Shown: positions 37,622 to 50,193 of the stretch, one piece after another
Position numbering within the stretch: position 1 is the first letter of the stretch
How the letters are laid out: the number at the start of each line of letters is the position of its first letter
Source of the DNA: Zootoca vivipara
Lineage: Eukaryota
Assembly: GCF_963506605.1 (NCBI RefSeq)
Contig: NC_083277.1
Location: forward strand, 78,554,001-78,618,000
DNA: 64,000 nt
Direction: 5' to 3'
Translations under genes and position numbers: made by a program
Notes under the pieces: generated by a model
What the model saw: only the letters and a program-made list of their open reading frames with translations
Database searches by the model: none
Told to the model about the DNA's origin: nothing

Positions 37622-37976
37622 GGGACGCAGGTGGCGCTGTGGGTTAAACCACTGAGCCTAGAGCTTGCTGATCAGAAGGTCGGCGGTTCAAATCCCTGCG
37701 ACGGGGTGAGCTCCCGTTGCTCGGTCCCAGCTCCTGCCAACCTAGCAGTTCGAAAGCATGTCAAAGTGCAAGTAGATAAATAGGAACCGCTACAGCGGGA
37801 AGGTAAACGGCATTTCTGTGTGCTGCTCTGGTTTGCCAGAAGCGGCTTTGTCATGCTGGCCACATGACCTGGAAGCTGTACGCCGGCTCCCTCGGCCAAT
37901 AATGTGAGATGAGCGCCGCAACCCCAGAGTCGGTCATGACTGGACCTAATGGTCAGGGGTCCCTTTACCTTTACCT
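37622..37976 (+). mobile_element. Full-length Sauria SINE
   Basis: TSD taccatta; head gggacgcaggtggcgctgtgggttaaacc; tail ggggtccctttacctttacct. Confidence 0.95.
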
Positions 37977-38284
37977 TACCATTAAGGAAGAATCTGCCAA
38001 TTTAAGTTCTCTCCACAATTCTGCAGCAATTGACAATATTTCTTTAATGTGAATTTCTCTCAATAAACACAATTTGCATGCAGTTTTGACTAATGTATAC
38101 GTTTTTGTTAGCAATTTCTCCCATTTTAAATATATTTTTCACTAATGTAGCCATTGTACGCACATGTTTACCTAATATATGCTTTTTTGGTTAACACTGG
38201 TTGGTTGGAAAAGTGCATCACAAAAATCAGATATGTGAATTTTTAAGGAGGGCTGTGTTTCATTTCCCATTTGTGTCAGAAATC

Positions 38285-40330
38285 GGGTCCTCCCTCAAAG
38301 AGGGCATGTGTTGCGGTGAGTAAGATTGGTCAGCAACAACACCCGATTGCTAGGTCCCTCAATGTTGGGTTCAATCTGGCCAATGGGGCGCAGTCCGAAC
38401 GAATCGAGGGACCTATATATACCCATGCACGTGACCCAGAGCTTCCTCTTTTGGAGTGTGCATTCGGAACAGCAACAGTGCGTCCTCTGTGCAACCAAGA
38501 GAGAGAGAGAGATTTACCCTCGGCAGATCGTCCTGGTGATTTCTTTCCTTTATTCCCCTTTCCTCCCTTGATTCTTCCAGTAGTAATTCTTCCCTCCTTG
38601 GTTAATTTCCCCCCTTCCTTTCCTTTCCCTTCCCCCCAGAGGGGCTTCGGCCCCTGAGGACTCCCTGTCTGTGGAGCTTGCGGCTGCCTGTTTAACTTGC
38701 CGGTGGGCTTTTGTGCAGCGGCTTTTCCTTCTTGGTCCTTGCTGCGGCTGCAGCTTTGGGGCTTGGAAATTTTATTGGGCATTTTGTCAGTTGAGATATT
38801 TGACATTCTTGACATTCTGTCTAGCTGATCACTTTTGGGCATCGTGGAGAGTTCCCTCTCTAAGCGAATTGCTGAGTTTTGCTACTGTTCTGCTTGGGGG
38901 CTGGTGGGGAATTTCCTTGGGCCGGGAACCTCCCCCCCTGTCTTAACGCGATCACCATTTTGTACCTTCTTTTCGAGTAGGGGAGGTGTTAGCCCCAGCT
39001 AATTTTGGTGGGAGTGCCATTTTGATTGTGGGGTGCCTTTTTAATTCCGTTTGTATTTTCTGTAATTCCCCATTTTAATAAGAAGGTTTTGGGATGCCTA
39101 TTAAGAGGAATCCCAATCCTGCTCTCTCTTCCAAAAGGGCGATCAGAAGCCCGTCTCAGTCACTGCATTCAGCGCCTCCCCCAGCGGTTCCCCAGCATAT
39201 GCTGGGTCGCTTGGGTGCAATTATGGCCGATATCGGATCAGATCTTGCGGCCGTGTCAAGGTTTAATACAGAGCTGGAGTCTTTGGCTCAGCAGTTTGGA
39301 AGGCAGCCGGTTTCTCAGTTGCGGCCCTTCCATGTTTTCCACTGTTTTTGAGGCTCATGGTCCTTCGGATGTGAGCGAAGGGAGTGAGGCTTTTAATTTT
39401 TCTGGTGCCTTGTTCTCCCAATTCCAACCTTCCAGGATCCTGGTCCCAGCTAGCCCTAGGGGTCGTCCTATAAGTATGGGTGCCATGATGCAGCGTGCCT
39501 TCCAGTCTGGACTGACTCGTTTGCAGTCAGCATCCCCGGGGCCTGGGAGTTCAGGGCCTCAGTTTGCACAGCATGTGGGGGGGGGTCATCTTCCCAGCCA
39601 AGCTCCTCACATGCTTTTAGTTCTGTGCAGGTCCGGTCTGTTCCTTTGAGGGAGGTGCTCAGCATCCAGTCTTCTGAGGAGGATCTCCCGGTGCCTAGAG
39701 TCCCTTCTTCTGGTGGCAAGCGGCAGAAGAGTCGTTGCTCCAAATGCAGGGCCAAGAGGCGCAGAAATGGCGGCGACTCCTCTTCTACTGGTGCGTCTTC
39801 TCAGACCTCCAATGATTATTCGGACGTGGCGTTGGGTCTGTATTGGGGTCATGATGAGGGGGCTTCGGACCTTCCCAGGTGGGCGTGGCAGCGTAGAGCC
39901 AACATACACAGGGGCAGGTACGGCCTTGCTTTGGAATGCATTGATGGCAAAGCAGTCAAGGACGTTAAAGTTTTGACCAATGCTGTCAGGGATATTATCC
40001 CAGGTGTGCATTTGCCATCCAGAATGCGAAACAGGATACTCAACGGTCACTATATGTATATTTTCAAACTCCGTCCCCCTAATTAATGCCCAGACGAGGA
40101 TAAGCAGGTTGCTTTGGGCAAGGGCAAGGCTAGCTCCTGTAAAGTGGAGAGAACCTTTGAGAAGTGGCTTGATGCCTCCTTCCAAGTATTTGCTGGGGTT
40201 ATTTCTGCAGCTTACCCCAATAGAAGTTTGCACCTGTGGATTTATCAACCATTAGTGTGTAAGGCCTTTATGTTGGCTGGTGAGGTGGCAGCTATAAGCT
40301 ACGACGAGAGTTTTCATTAAGGCACCAAAA
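38285..40330 (+). mobile_element. DIRS/Ngaro-type tyrosine-recombinase retrotransposon, 5' part with degraded gag-like ORF1 (~39094-40320)
   Basis: Frameshifted ORFs give HLPSRMRNRILNGHYMYIFKL and RTFEKWLDASFQVFAGVISAAYPNRSLHLWIYQ...AAISYDESF, matching the recalled DIRS/Ngaro gag pattern (KIxxGxYVDxxxL; FxxWxxAFxxYxxV...YDxxFR). No RT or YR portion seen. Confidence 0.7.
38320..38450 (+). promoter_or_regulatory. Putative Pol II promoter in the DIRS terminal repeat
   Basis: ATTGG at 38325, CCAAT at 38380, TATATATA at 38414-38421, CACGTG at 38428. Motif-level evidence only. Confidence 0.4.
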
Positions 40331-41134
40331 TATCTTGGGCTGGTCCTGGTTATGTGAAGTACTTCCTTTGGTCTATCCTAAATCTCTCTCTGTTCAGCTT
40401 CACTGGATGCCACCAGGGTTTAGAATTATGAGGGAGGGAGGGATGTCTCCCCATCCGCTTTCTCTGCACCATGAAGCAAAAGTCTGTGCCAAGGAGCGTA
40501 GCCCCCTCCCCATACCAGCCACCTTAGAAAATAGTGATTCTAGGCTCTTTCCTTCCTTTAGCTAGGCAAAATTGTATCTGTAGATAGGGCACATTTAAAA
40601 TGCATCTAAAAAGCAGAAGATCACAGCTATACCTTTACTTGACAGTTTTCTCTGACTGTTCCCAGCAGGAATGAAATTGGGTAGGAAGTAGGAAAAGTGT
40701 AGAATTGTAAAAGAGGTACTTTTTAGGGAAACATTGTAGTAACATCCAGGGTAGTACACCTTTACTAGATGTGCATTTGTGGCCAAGTTGAATTTGGAAC
40801 CATTGTAGCATATTCAAGACAGGATTAAACATTAGGCTTAAGTATGTGGTAAAACAGGGATCCTGCTGTTGTGTAATTATCTGAGAGTGCCTCTGGGCGA
40901 GGAATGAAAACTGTCTGCCATGTGCCAGCTTACGGTACTTTAATACTATTCACCGTTCAAAATATGGTGGCTATTGTGTTATTTTAAGAGAGGAGCAGTA
41001 GCCAAGTTTCCAGTTGTGGAAAGTTTAAAATAAACGAGAGCTAAAATAATCATGCATGACCTGTCAAAGTTTTTAATTACCAATAAAAGGCAGAGTGCTC
41101 ATTGGACACATTAATTTGGTGCAAGCAAATTATT

Positions 41135-42315
41135 TGTTGTTTAGTCGTTTAGTCGTGTCCAACTCTTCGTGACCCCATGGACCAGAGCACGCCAGGCACT
41201 CCTGTCTTCCACTGCCTCCCGCAGCTTGGTCCAACTCATGTTCGTAGCTTCGAGAACACTGTCCAACCATCTTGTCCTCTGTCACCCCTTCTCCTAGTGC
41301 CCTCCATATTTCCCAGCATCAGGGTCTTCCAGGGAGTCTTCTCTCCTCATGAGGTGGCCAAAGTATTGGCGCCTCAGCTTCACGATCTGTCCTTCCGGTG
41401 AGCACTTAGGGCTGATTTCCTTCAGAATGGATAGGTTTGATTTTCTTGAAGTCCATGGGACTCTCAAGAGTCTCCTCCAGCACCATAATTCAAAAGCATC
41501 AATTCTTCGACGATCAGCCTTCTTTATGGTCCAGCTCTCACTTCCATATATCACTACTGGGAAAACCATAGCTTTAACTATACGGACCTTTGTTGGCAAG
41601 GTGATGTCTCTGCTTTTTAAGATGCTATCTAGGTTTGTCATTGCTTTTCTCCCAAGAAGCAGGCGTCTTTTAATTTTGTGACAGCTGTAACCATCTGCAG
41701 TGATCATGGAGCCCAAGAAAGTAAAATCTCTCACTGCCTCCATTTCTTCCCCTTCTACTTGCCAGGAGGTGATGGGACCAGTGGCCATGACCATGTTTTG
41801 CACTCTCATCTTTCACCCTCATTAAAAGGTTCTTTAATTCCTCCTCACTTTCTGCCATCAAGGTTGTTTCATCTGCATATCTGAGGTTGTTGATGTTTCT
41901 TCCAGCAATCTTAATTCCAGTTTGGGATTCATCCAGTCCAGCCTTTCGCATGATGAATTCTGCATATAAGTTAAATAAGCAGGGAGACAATATGCAGCCT
42001 TCCCAGTTTTGAACCAATCAGTTGTTCCATATCCAGTTCTAACTGTAGCTTCTTGTCCCACATAGAGATTTCTCAGGAGACAGATGAAGTGAACTTGCCA
42101 TAGTTTGCTGTGGTCGACACAATCAAAGGCTTTTGCATAGTCAATGAAGCAGAAGTAGATGTTTTTCTGGAACTCTCTAGCTTTCTCCATAATCCAGCGC
42201 ATGTTTGCAATTTGGTCTCTGGTTCCTCTGCCCCTTCGAAATCTAGCTTGCACTTCTGGGAGTTCTTGGTCCACATACTGCCTAAGTCTACCTTGTAGAA
42301 TTTTGAGCAATTCTA
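41135..42315 (-). mobile_element. BovB (RTE) LINE, 5'-truncated, with RT remnants and internal deletions
   Basis: RGTRDQIANMRWIMEKAREFQKNIYFCFIDYAKAFDCVDH, NNLRYADETTLMAES and KAMTNLDSILKSRDITLPTKV are BovB hallmarks. TSD caagcaaat[t/c]att. Confidence 0.96.
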
Positions 42316-42469
42316 CAAGCAAATCATTAACTCCTTGCAAACCAAGGTTTGCAAATTAGGAGCCATCACTGGAGCTCTCTCTTTTCTGGGCTATTGTGGA
42401 AAGTAGGTTTGAAAAGAATGGTTACAAGGGAATCTGGCTAGTGTTAACTAAACCATGAATTTTTCAAAA

Positions 42470-43062
42470 AATTTTTTTTTGCATTTTCAAAATGTAACAA
42501 TAAAATATGAACAATAAGCACATATTTTTCTCCACAAAGAACAGCTAATGCAGTAAATGCAGTAAAAACAATACAGACATATAAGAAAGTACATAAAAAA
42601 ACAGACAAAATCCTTACAGCCAATAAATCTATCCACAGATTGCAAACAATCTAGGGCAGTTGTCTTGTATGGTCCTCACATTGCATATGTGAAATAAATG
42701 ATTACCAAGTGACATAAAAAGATAATGGGTTTTTACCCCGGCTGCTTGGAATTGGCATGCCAGATTTACTGCCAGAGCAACTGCCCAGATTCAAGCACAC
42801 TAAAAATCAAGAAACAAACCTATTGCAGAACAACAACATCTAGCTATCTCTAAACTAGCAGGCACTATAAAAAAACTAACATCTTGCTATGACATAAATG
42901 TTGACAAGAATCATTCCAAATCCCCCCACAAGGCTAATAATAATGAGACAATAAAATAGTTGTGCTATATATTAGCACTTCTGTAAAAACAGTTGATCAA
43001 AAGTTTGGTGTAATATCACAATGCCACCATAAATGCAAGAAGGTTTCTGTGGTCCCTGTGTT
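42470..43062 (-). mobile_element. Old L1-clade LINE 3' fragment
   Basis: Minus translation near 43060-42990, GTTETFLHLWWHCD, resembles the L1 ORF2 C-terminal zinc knuckle. A-rich tail on the minus strand near 42470. Confidence 0.55.
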
Positions 43063-45362
43063 AGAAACTGAGATATGAAAGCTAGGAGCTAAATGGCACC
43101 TTAAACCTAGGCTATGAGTGCAACAATGGAATGTCTAGGTGCACTTTTTTATCAAAACACAAAGCTGAAAATTAATGAACGGCATCTAGAATATTATGTT
43201 CATTTTTCACATGGTCTAGTCCTTCCCCTGCCCACCCCCTAATATTCTTAAGAGGGACTCTTCTCCAGTCTTCAGAGAGTAGTTGGAAGTGGGGTGGCAG
43301 AAAAAGGTCCTCCTTTCCTTCCACTCTGATGTTTTAATCTGAAATCTTAGGCGCAGTACTGCACCCAGAGCTCAGAAACCACTCATGCCAATGAAATCCC
43401 CTGTGGCAAAATGTGCCTAGAACAATAGGAGTTTCAAACACTGTGTGGCCCTGCAACCTCTGCAAAATGCAGGGTCAAAGAATTCAAAATATGGGATAGT
43501 CTCACTGACCTAAGAAACCACCTGTGTAAGAGCTTTAACAAGTTCTCTCATATTCCCAAAGAGACGGATTATAGTGGTTTCTTGGAGCATATTTAAAACA
43601 GTTTAAAACTACTCTAGAATCTAAGAGTCTAGGAATACTTAGAAACATTTGGCCAGACAACATATTATAGAACAGATGAACTAAGCTAAACCAGTTAGCT
43701 ACTCTGTTTTTTGGATTCTATCAATCTTGATACCCTTGCAATCTCTCTGTCTTGTAGCCAGTTGTAGGATCCTTCAAATTATTAATATTTAATATTACAG
43801 ATCCCATCATATTTTGATGCATAAATCCATGCTAACACTTTCTGGTGTTCTTATGCAACTGTGCATGCTTAATATTTGATAGGTGGCACAACTGATTTAT
43901 GAAAGGTCTCCTCAATACACATTTAGTGATAGATACATATCTGTTTGAAAGCATTATCTTACAAAGAAAAAAACGATGATAGCATGTGCCCAAGATTCAA
44001 GATTGTCACATTATGTACTGTATTTATCTGTAAATGTATGTCAATCACTAACCTTGGCTTGACAAATTTATAAGTGATCCAAAATGAAGGTGAATGGAAC
44101 AACGATTGCCTAATTGTACAAATACAAAGCTCAATGATTGCAGGGCAATTTGCAGACAATCCAGATATACCTTTGTTTTCTGATACTTATCAACATATCT
44201 TCACAGGTAATACTGATATTACTATACTGATATATTGCTATAGATATGGTTTGCGCATGGAACATGCGTTGGACTGTCAATCACGTATTTAATCACGTAG
44301 TTCATACATGCATGGGAAAACTGCACACCAGTTAGTTTTCACCTGTAGTTTTCACCACTCCTGCTCACATAGCTAGTGGGGAAAGCTGTATACATGTACC
44401 TGAACTGAAATACATATCATTGGGACTTTTGGTAGTAGCAAGAATAAGTATCAGGGCAGCAAAGCTGGTTCACAAGTTTCTATTATTTGTCTTTGAGACT
44501 GGGTCTTGAGCACCTCAACAGAAATGAACATGTTAGAAAATCAAATACAAAAATTAGACTCTGCATACCCGCTATTAACTCTGAAGGTTTGATTCCGCCC
44601 CCCTCCGTTTTCAAGCACAGAATTACAAACCAGATTCTTGCGTAGTTTTAAGAATGAATCACTGCTTCCTATTTCAGTACCTGCAAAATCCAGCTACTGT
44701 ACTGAGATTTCAGCTTCTTTCTTTGCAGTTTAGCAATACCCTTAAAATGCCTAGACACATTTGTCATAGCCGAAATTTTCCTCCATCTGTTTTAATTCAT
44801 GAAAAAATGTATTTGATTTTATAGTCTTAACAAAGGAAATCAGTTACTGACTACTATAAGTGGCTGTCCATACTAATCCTGTCACTTATAAGTGAACATT
44901 GCTGCACTGCTACTTTCTTGGCATAAATGGATAGAGAGAAATTGAGGATAGCAGAAGTTACTCATCTCTGTAAGTATTAGCATCAGGAATACCTTATTCA
45001 CTGGGTTTTATTACTAATTTTCCACTGTCAATTTTCCATTAAAATATTAGTTTCAAATTCTGATTAATTCCTCCTTTTGAGAAGAAAACAATTTTATTAA
45101 AATGGTATTTGTGTAATAGAAATCCTGGTCCCCTAATAGTTTCCAGAACATTGTTTTCTAAACTTATTCCTATTTAAACAATAACATTCCATACACACTT
45201 TAAGGAGAATGCAGCATGAAGGCTTTTTGCACATAGATTTAATCAAAAACATCTCAATCCTTGTTGTACACCATGGGACAGAATGCAAAATCACTTAACA
45301 GTTGAAGAAGGCAAGGAAGACCACATAGTGCAAATGTAACCAGAGCACTCTATTGTCTAGGA

Positions 45363-46357
45363 CAGGGGTCCTCAAACGTTATAAACAGGGGGCCGGTTCA
45401 CTGTCCCTCAGACACTGTTGGAGGCCGGACTATAGTTTGAAAAAAATATGAACAAATTCCTATGCACACTGCACATATTTTTTTTGTAGTGGACACAAAA
45501 AACAGGAAAAACAATACAATATTTAAAATGAAGAACAATTTTAATTAACATAAACTTATATGTATTTCAATGGGAAGTATTGCTTTTGGCTAATGAGATG
45601 GTCAATATCCTGTTTCATATTTGTCACTGCTAGCCAGGTCTCGGCAGTAATGCAAATGGTCAGTGCTCATGCCATATTTTCATTCATATGAAATATATAC
45701 AAGCACCCATACACACACACACACACACACATATATCTAGAGACTGAAAGAAGATGCAATCAGGGGTTGACCGCAGCCCTGGGCGGGGGGGGGATCTCAG
45801 CGGGGGGAGGGCTTCTCTCTCTCCCCCAGCCCCTCCCCCTCTCCCTGCTTTCCTACCTCCTCCTCCGCCGTTGCTGCTGCCCGAGTAGCTCTGCCTGCGG
45901 TTGACAGCCGGCTGCGGTGGCAACGCCTCTCCTTTCTGGGCCAGCTCCACGCTCAGCGAGGGATCCCAGGCTCAGCACATAAGCAGTGGCTCTACCAATG
46001 AAAGGCCCTGCACCGTGATGAGGTAAACGCCGACGTGGCCTTTCATTGGTAGATCCGCTGCTGCCGCGCTCCCAAGACGTGCTCCCGCTGAAGTGCTCCT
46101 GTTACACTTTTGAGCGGGGGGAATCCGATTGGCTGCAGGAGCTTCCTGCAGCCAATTGGAAGCCGCAGAAGGGTTGTCACCTGTCCAGGCAATCCCCATG
46201 TGGTGAGCGGTCCGCGACTTCTTTTCAAGGAAATGCCTCACCACTCCAAATTTACCTCAGCATGCGGGGACTGACTGTGTGTGACAGGGTCCGCGGGCCA
46301 GATTTATGAGCCTAGTAGGCCGGATCCAGCCTATGGTCCGTAGTTTGAAGACCCCTG
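45363..46357 (-). mobile_element. Non-autonomous hAT, OposCharlie1 (OC1)-like, 995 bp
   Basis: Perfect 8-bp TSD gtctagga; TIR caggggtc[c/t]tcaaac; subterminal aaacagggggccggttcactgtccctcagac...atgaacaaattcctatgcacactgcacatat matches my recollection of OC1-family ends. Confidence 0.85.
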
Positions 46358-48682
46358 GTCTAGGATTAAGACTGTTTCTCTTTGGAGTTTGCAAAGGTGT
46401 AAGAATGTACATGATAAGGCTATCTGGTTGAAGATTATCTCATAAAATAAAGAATCACTGTCAGGTTCTTATTCCAAAACACGACAATAGCAGCTCTTCT
46501 TTGATACTAAGGAAGAAATCTTTATTCCAGCTAATAGCAGTACACGCTCAACAGCAAAGCCAATAAATCAAGATTTCAAGGTACATAAGCAAGCGAAATT
46601 TTTTGTAACTGAATGGAAGCTATGAAGATGTCCCAACAGTTAACACCCCTCTCCTACCAAGCTTTCAAAGATTAGGTGGGGCAAACTTACTCACAATACT
46701 TTCTTGCCCTACGGATTTTCTGTGTGCACAGGCATGTGCATCTCACCCCACCAATGAAGGCAGTGCCTGGTTCTTGGGGGGGGGGGCGATGTCCTGCTCC
46801 TCTGTCTCCAGCTTCAGCACCACCTCCGTTCAGCTTTTCCTTTTCCTTTTCCATCTGCCAAACCATGTCAGATCCCAACGGAACACAAGGGGCTCGAGAC
46901 AATTATTGCATGGTTACAAGCTAACAAGTGAATAATATTACTCACTCGTGATATCATAGACATATTCTTATTGCAGGATGTGACAAAGTATCTGTCAGAT
47001 TTATCAGATAAACCAAAAAATGTACTTCTGAAATATACTGAGACTCAGTTTTGCCCGATAGATCTAGACAGACCCAACACGGTTGCTCACTGCCAAGGAA
47101 CAGGACTCCTGAAAAATTAAGCTTGTTGTATTACGCCTCCCTACCCCCGTAACTGATCATCCTGGGAAGTTAGAAAGGAAACAAGAGTGTGTGCTGACAG
47201 CTTAGCTCAGCTTGAACTCTCATTTTTCACACGGAGCTAATTAAAAACTGAAATTAGTTAAATATGGAAATGACGCTTGCAAGCACTTTAGCACAGTATT
47301 GGCAAAATCCCTCCAGAGTGATGCTGCATTACCTGCTGCTCTGAAACTCCCCAACTGAATTTCACAGTTAAAAGGCTGAGCAAAGGGAAAGTTATTACTG
47401 AGATTTTCAATTCAAAATGTGACTGTAAAATTCTAAATTAAATTTCATGGTTGCCCTTGGAATAAGCTAGGGATGTTCTGTGCAGTCCAATGATATGGTG
47501 CTCAAATGATGTCCCTATGTGCATGCTCTGATTATCTCACCTTTAGGCACAGTGCTGGTTTTGCCAAGGTTCTGAAACTCATAATGCTTACGCTACTATA
47601 GAAATTATGAAAACAGAAAATGTGCCTTGGTGGAAAAGTAGGCTATATAAAGGGTGCATTTCTGAAAGTTAATAGCAAGCACATCTGAAGCTTAGAGCCC
47701 AGGAGTTGAAATATATTCTATGCTTCATAATTTTAATATAGGTGTGTGATAATCCATCAACTTCATAACAGATAGAAGAAGGTCTGACAGTGCAATAAAT
47801 TATGTTGTAGGTAGTATAACAGGGCAGGCAAGGTAACTGAAAGAACGCATCCCTTTCGCCCTGATCAGGAAAAGGCAATCCATGAACAAAAGCAGGCTTC
47901 CATATGAATATCAGGAACTGCAAACATTAATCAGACAAACATCCAAATGTGAAAGTCGTCTATCTGTGCTGTATTACTTTCAATGGGATGCACATCCATA
48001 TCCAAACACAAATGGGAATTTGCATTCTACTGCTCATCCAAAAACATACCCACTGAAAGTAATAGATGACTTCTGCATAAAGATGCTCATTCAATTTGTA
48101 GTTCTTGATATGGATGCAAAATCATGCTCCTTTTCTGGATAGGGATACTAGCATTTACATCAACTGTTTAATATGCATAAAATGGACAATGACTGACACC
48201 AGCTTTTTGAACACAGTAGGCTTCATAATAATTATGCCTGAGATTATATGACTGGCTTTGATATACAAAAGCAAGGGCAAATTATGATTTCTGCATGCAA
48301 TTTAAACAAACCTGCCTGCAGAGAAGAAAATTTGGGATGTGAATCAAGAATTTCAGGGTGTCCAGATGCTTCCAAAACAACTGAAGTGCTGTGATTTTAT
48401 TGTTTTTCCTACATCCTTTCCATTTACCCTGAAGGCAATTCTCTCCCACTGGTCCCCATCACTATTGTGCCAACAAATCCCTATACGAAGGACTGGCAAG
48501 GGAAGCCACTTCTATGCCACAAATCAATTGGCAGAGAACAGAAAGCACTCCAAAAGGTGCCAGAATCACATCTCTGGCACTTATCTGTGTAATCTCTGCA
48601 TCACACCAGGCTTTGCTAGCCTAGAGTCTCAACATAATATCTGCTTACTTAGCTGGGAAGACAGGAGTGCTGCAGCTGTGGC

Positions 48683-50193
48683 ATCATTTTTTGACAGAAT
48701 TACAAGCCTGGTAGATGAAGGGAACACTGTGGATGTAGCCTATCTTGATTTCAGCAAGGCCTTTCTCAAGGTGCCCCATGATATTTTTGTAAAGAAGCTG
48801 GTAAAATGCGGCTAGACGATGCTACCATTCAGTGGATTTGTAACTGGCTGACTGACGATACCCAAAGGGTGCTCATCAATGGCTCCTCTTCCTTCTGGAG
48901 AGAAGTGACTAGTGGGGTGCCACAGGGTTCTGTTTTGGGCCCAGTCTTATTCAACATCTTTATCAATGACTTGGATGATGGGCTTGAGGGCATCCTGATC
49001 AAGTCTGCAGATGACACCAAATTGGGAGGGGTGGCTAATACAGTGGTACCTTGGTTTAAGTACACAATTGGTTCCGGAAGTCTGTACTTACCCTGAAGAG
49101 TACTTAACCTGAAGCGAACTTTCCCATTTAAAGTAATGGAAAGTGGATTAATCCATTCCAGACGGGTCCGCGAAGTACTCAACCTGAAGCGTACTTAACC
49201 CGAAGTATGAGTGTAATTGGTTCTGGAAGTCCGTACTTAACCTGAAGTGAACTTTCCCATTGAAAGTAATGGAAAGTGGATTAATCTGTTCCAGATGGGT
49301 CCATGGAGTACTTAAACTGAAAGTACTCAAACTGAAGCGTACTTAAACTGAGGTATGACAGGATCACACTTCAAAATGACCTTAACGGATTAGACAACTG
49401 GGCCAAAGCAAATAAGATGAATTTTAACAGGGAGAAATGTAAAGTACTATACTTGGGCAAAAAAAAATGAAAGGCACAAATACAGGATCGGTGACACCTG
49501 GCTTGAGAGCAGTACATGTGAAAAGGATCTAGGAGTCTTGGTAGACCACAAACTTGACGTGAGTCAACAGTGTGATGCAGCAGCTAAAAAAGCCAATGCA
49601 ATTCTGGGCTGCATCAATAGGAGTATAGCATCTAGATCAAGGGAAGTAATAGTACCACTGCATTCTGCTCTGGTCAGATCTCACCTGGAGCACTGTGTCC
49701 AGTTCTGGGCACCACAGTTCAAGAAGGATACTGATAAGCTGGAACGTGTCCAGAGGAGGGCAACCAAAATGGTCAAAGGCCTGGAAACGATGCATTATGA
49801 GGAACGGCTTAGGGAGCTGGGTATGTTTAGCCTGGAGAAGAGAAGGTTAAGGGGTGATATGATAGCCATGTTCAAATATATAAAAGGATGTCATATAGAG
49901 GAGGGATAAAGGTTGTTTTCTGCTGCTCCAGAGAAGCGGACACAGAGCAATAGATTCAAACTACAAGAAATAAGATTCCTTCCACCTAAACATTAGGAAG
50001 AACTTCCTGACAGTAAGAGCTGTTTGGCAGTGGAATTTGCTGCCAAGGAGTGTGGTGGAGTCTCCTTCTTTGGAGGTCTCTAAGCAGAGGCTTGACAGCC
50101 ATATGCCAGAAATGCTTTGATGATGTTTCCTACTTGGCAGGGGGTTGGACTGGATTGCCCTTGTGGTCTCTTCCAACTCTATGATTCTATGAT
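48683..50193 (+). mobile_element. CR1 LINE, 5'-truncated RT region plus 3'UTR
   Basis: [52 protein letters not shown]; terminal (attctatg)-type repeats. Confidence 0.97.
49041..49359. mobile_element. Tigger-like MITE nested in CR1, internal ~150-bp tandem unit, right end clipped
   Basis: TA|cagtggtacc start; right end gaggtatgac lacks the terminal tgTA. Related to 53829-54165. Confidence 0.85.

Noticed and set aside
31893-37976. tRNA-like A/B boxes as tRNA genes
   Set aside because: They are SINE heads, embedded in elements with tails and TSDs.
38330-40248. 170-213 aa ORFs on the minus strand and in alternate frames as a novel gene
   Set aside because: Shadow frames of the DIRS-like element; no splice structure or recognisable domain.
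46398-46987. Possible solo LTR (TG...CA candidates, minus-strand AATAAA at ~46521)
   Set aside because: No pair of termini with a convincing TSD could be fixed.
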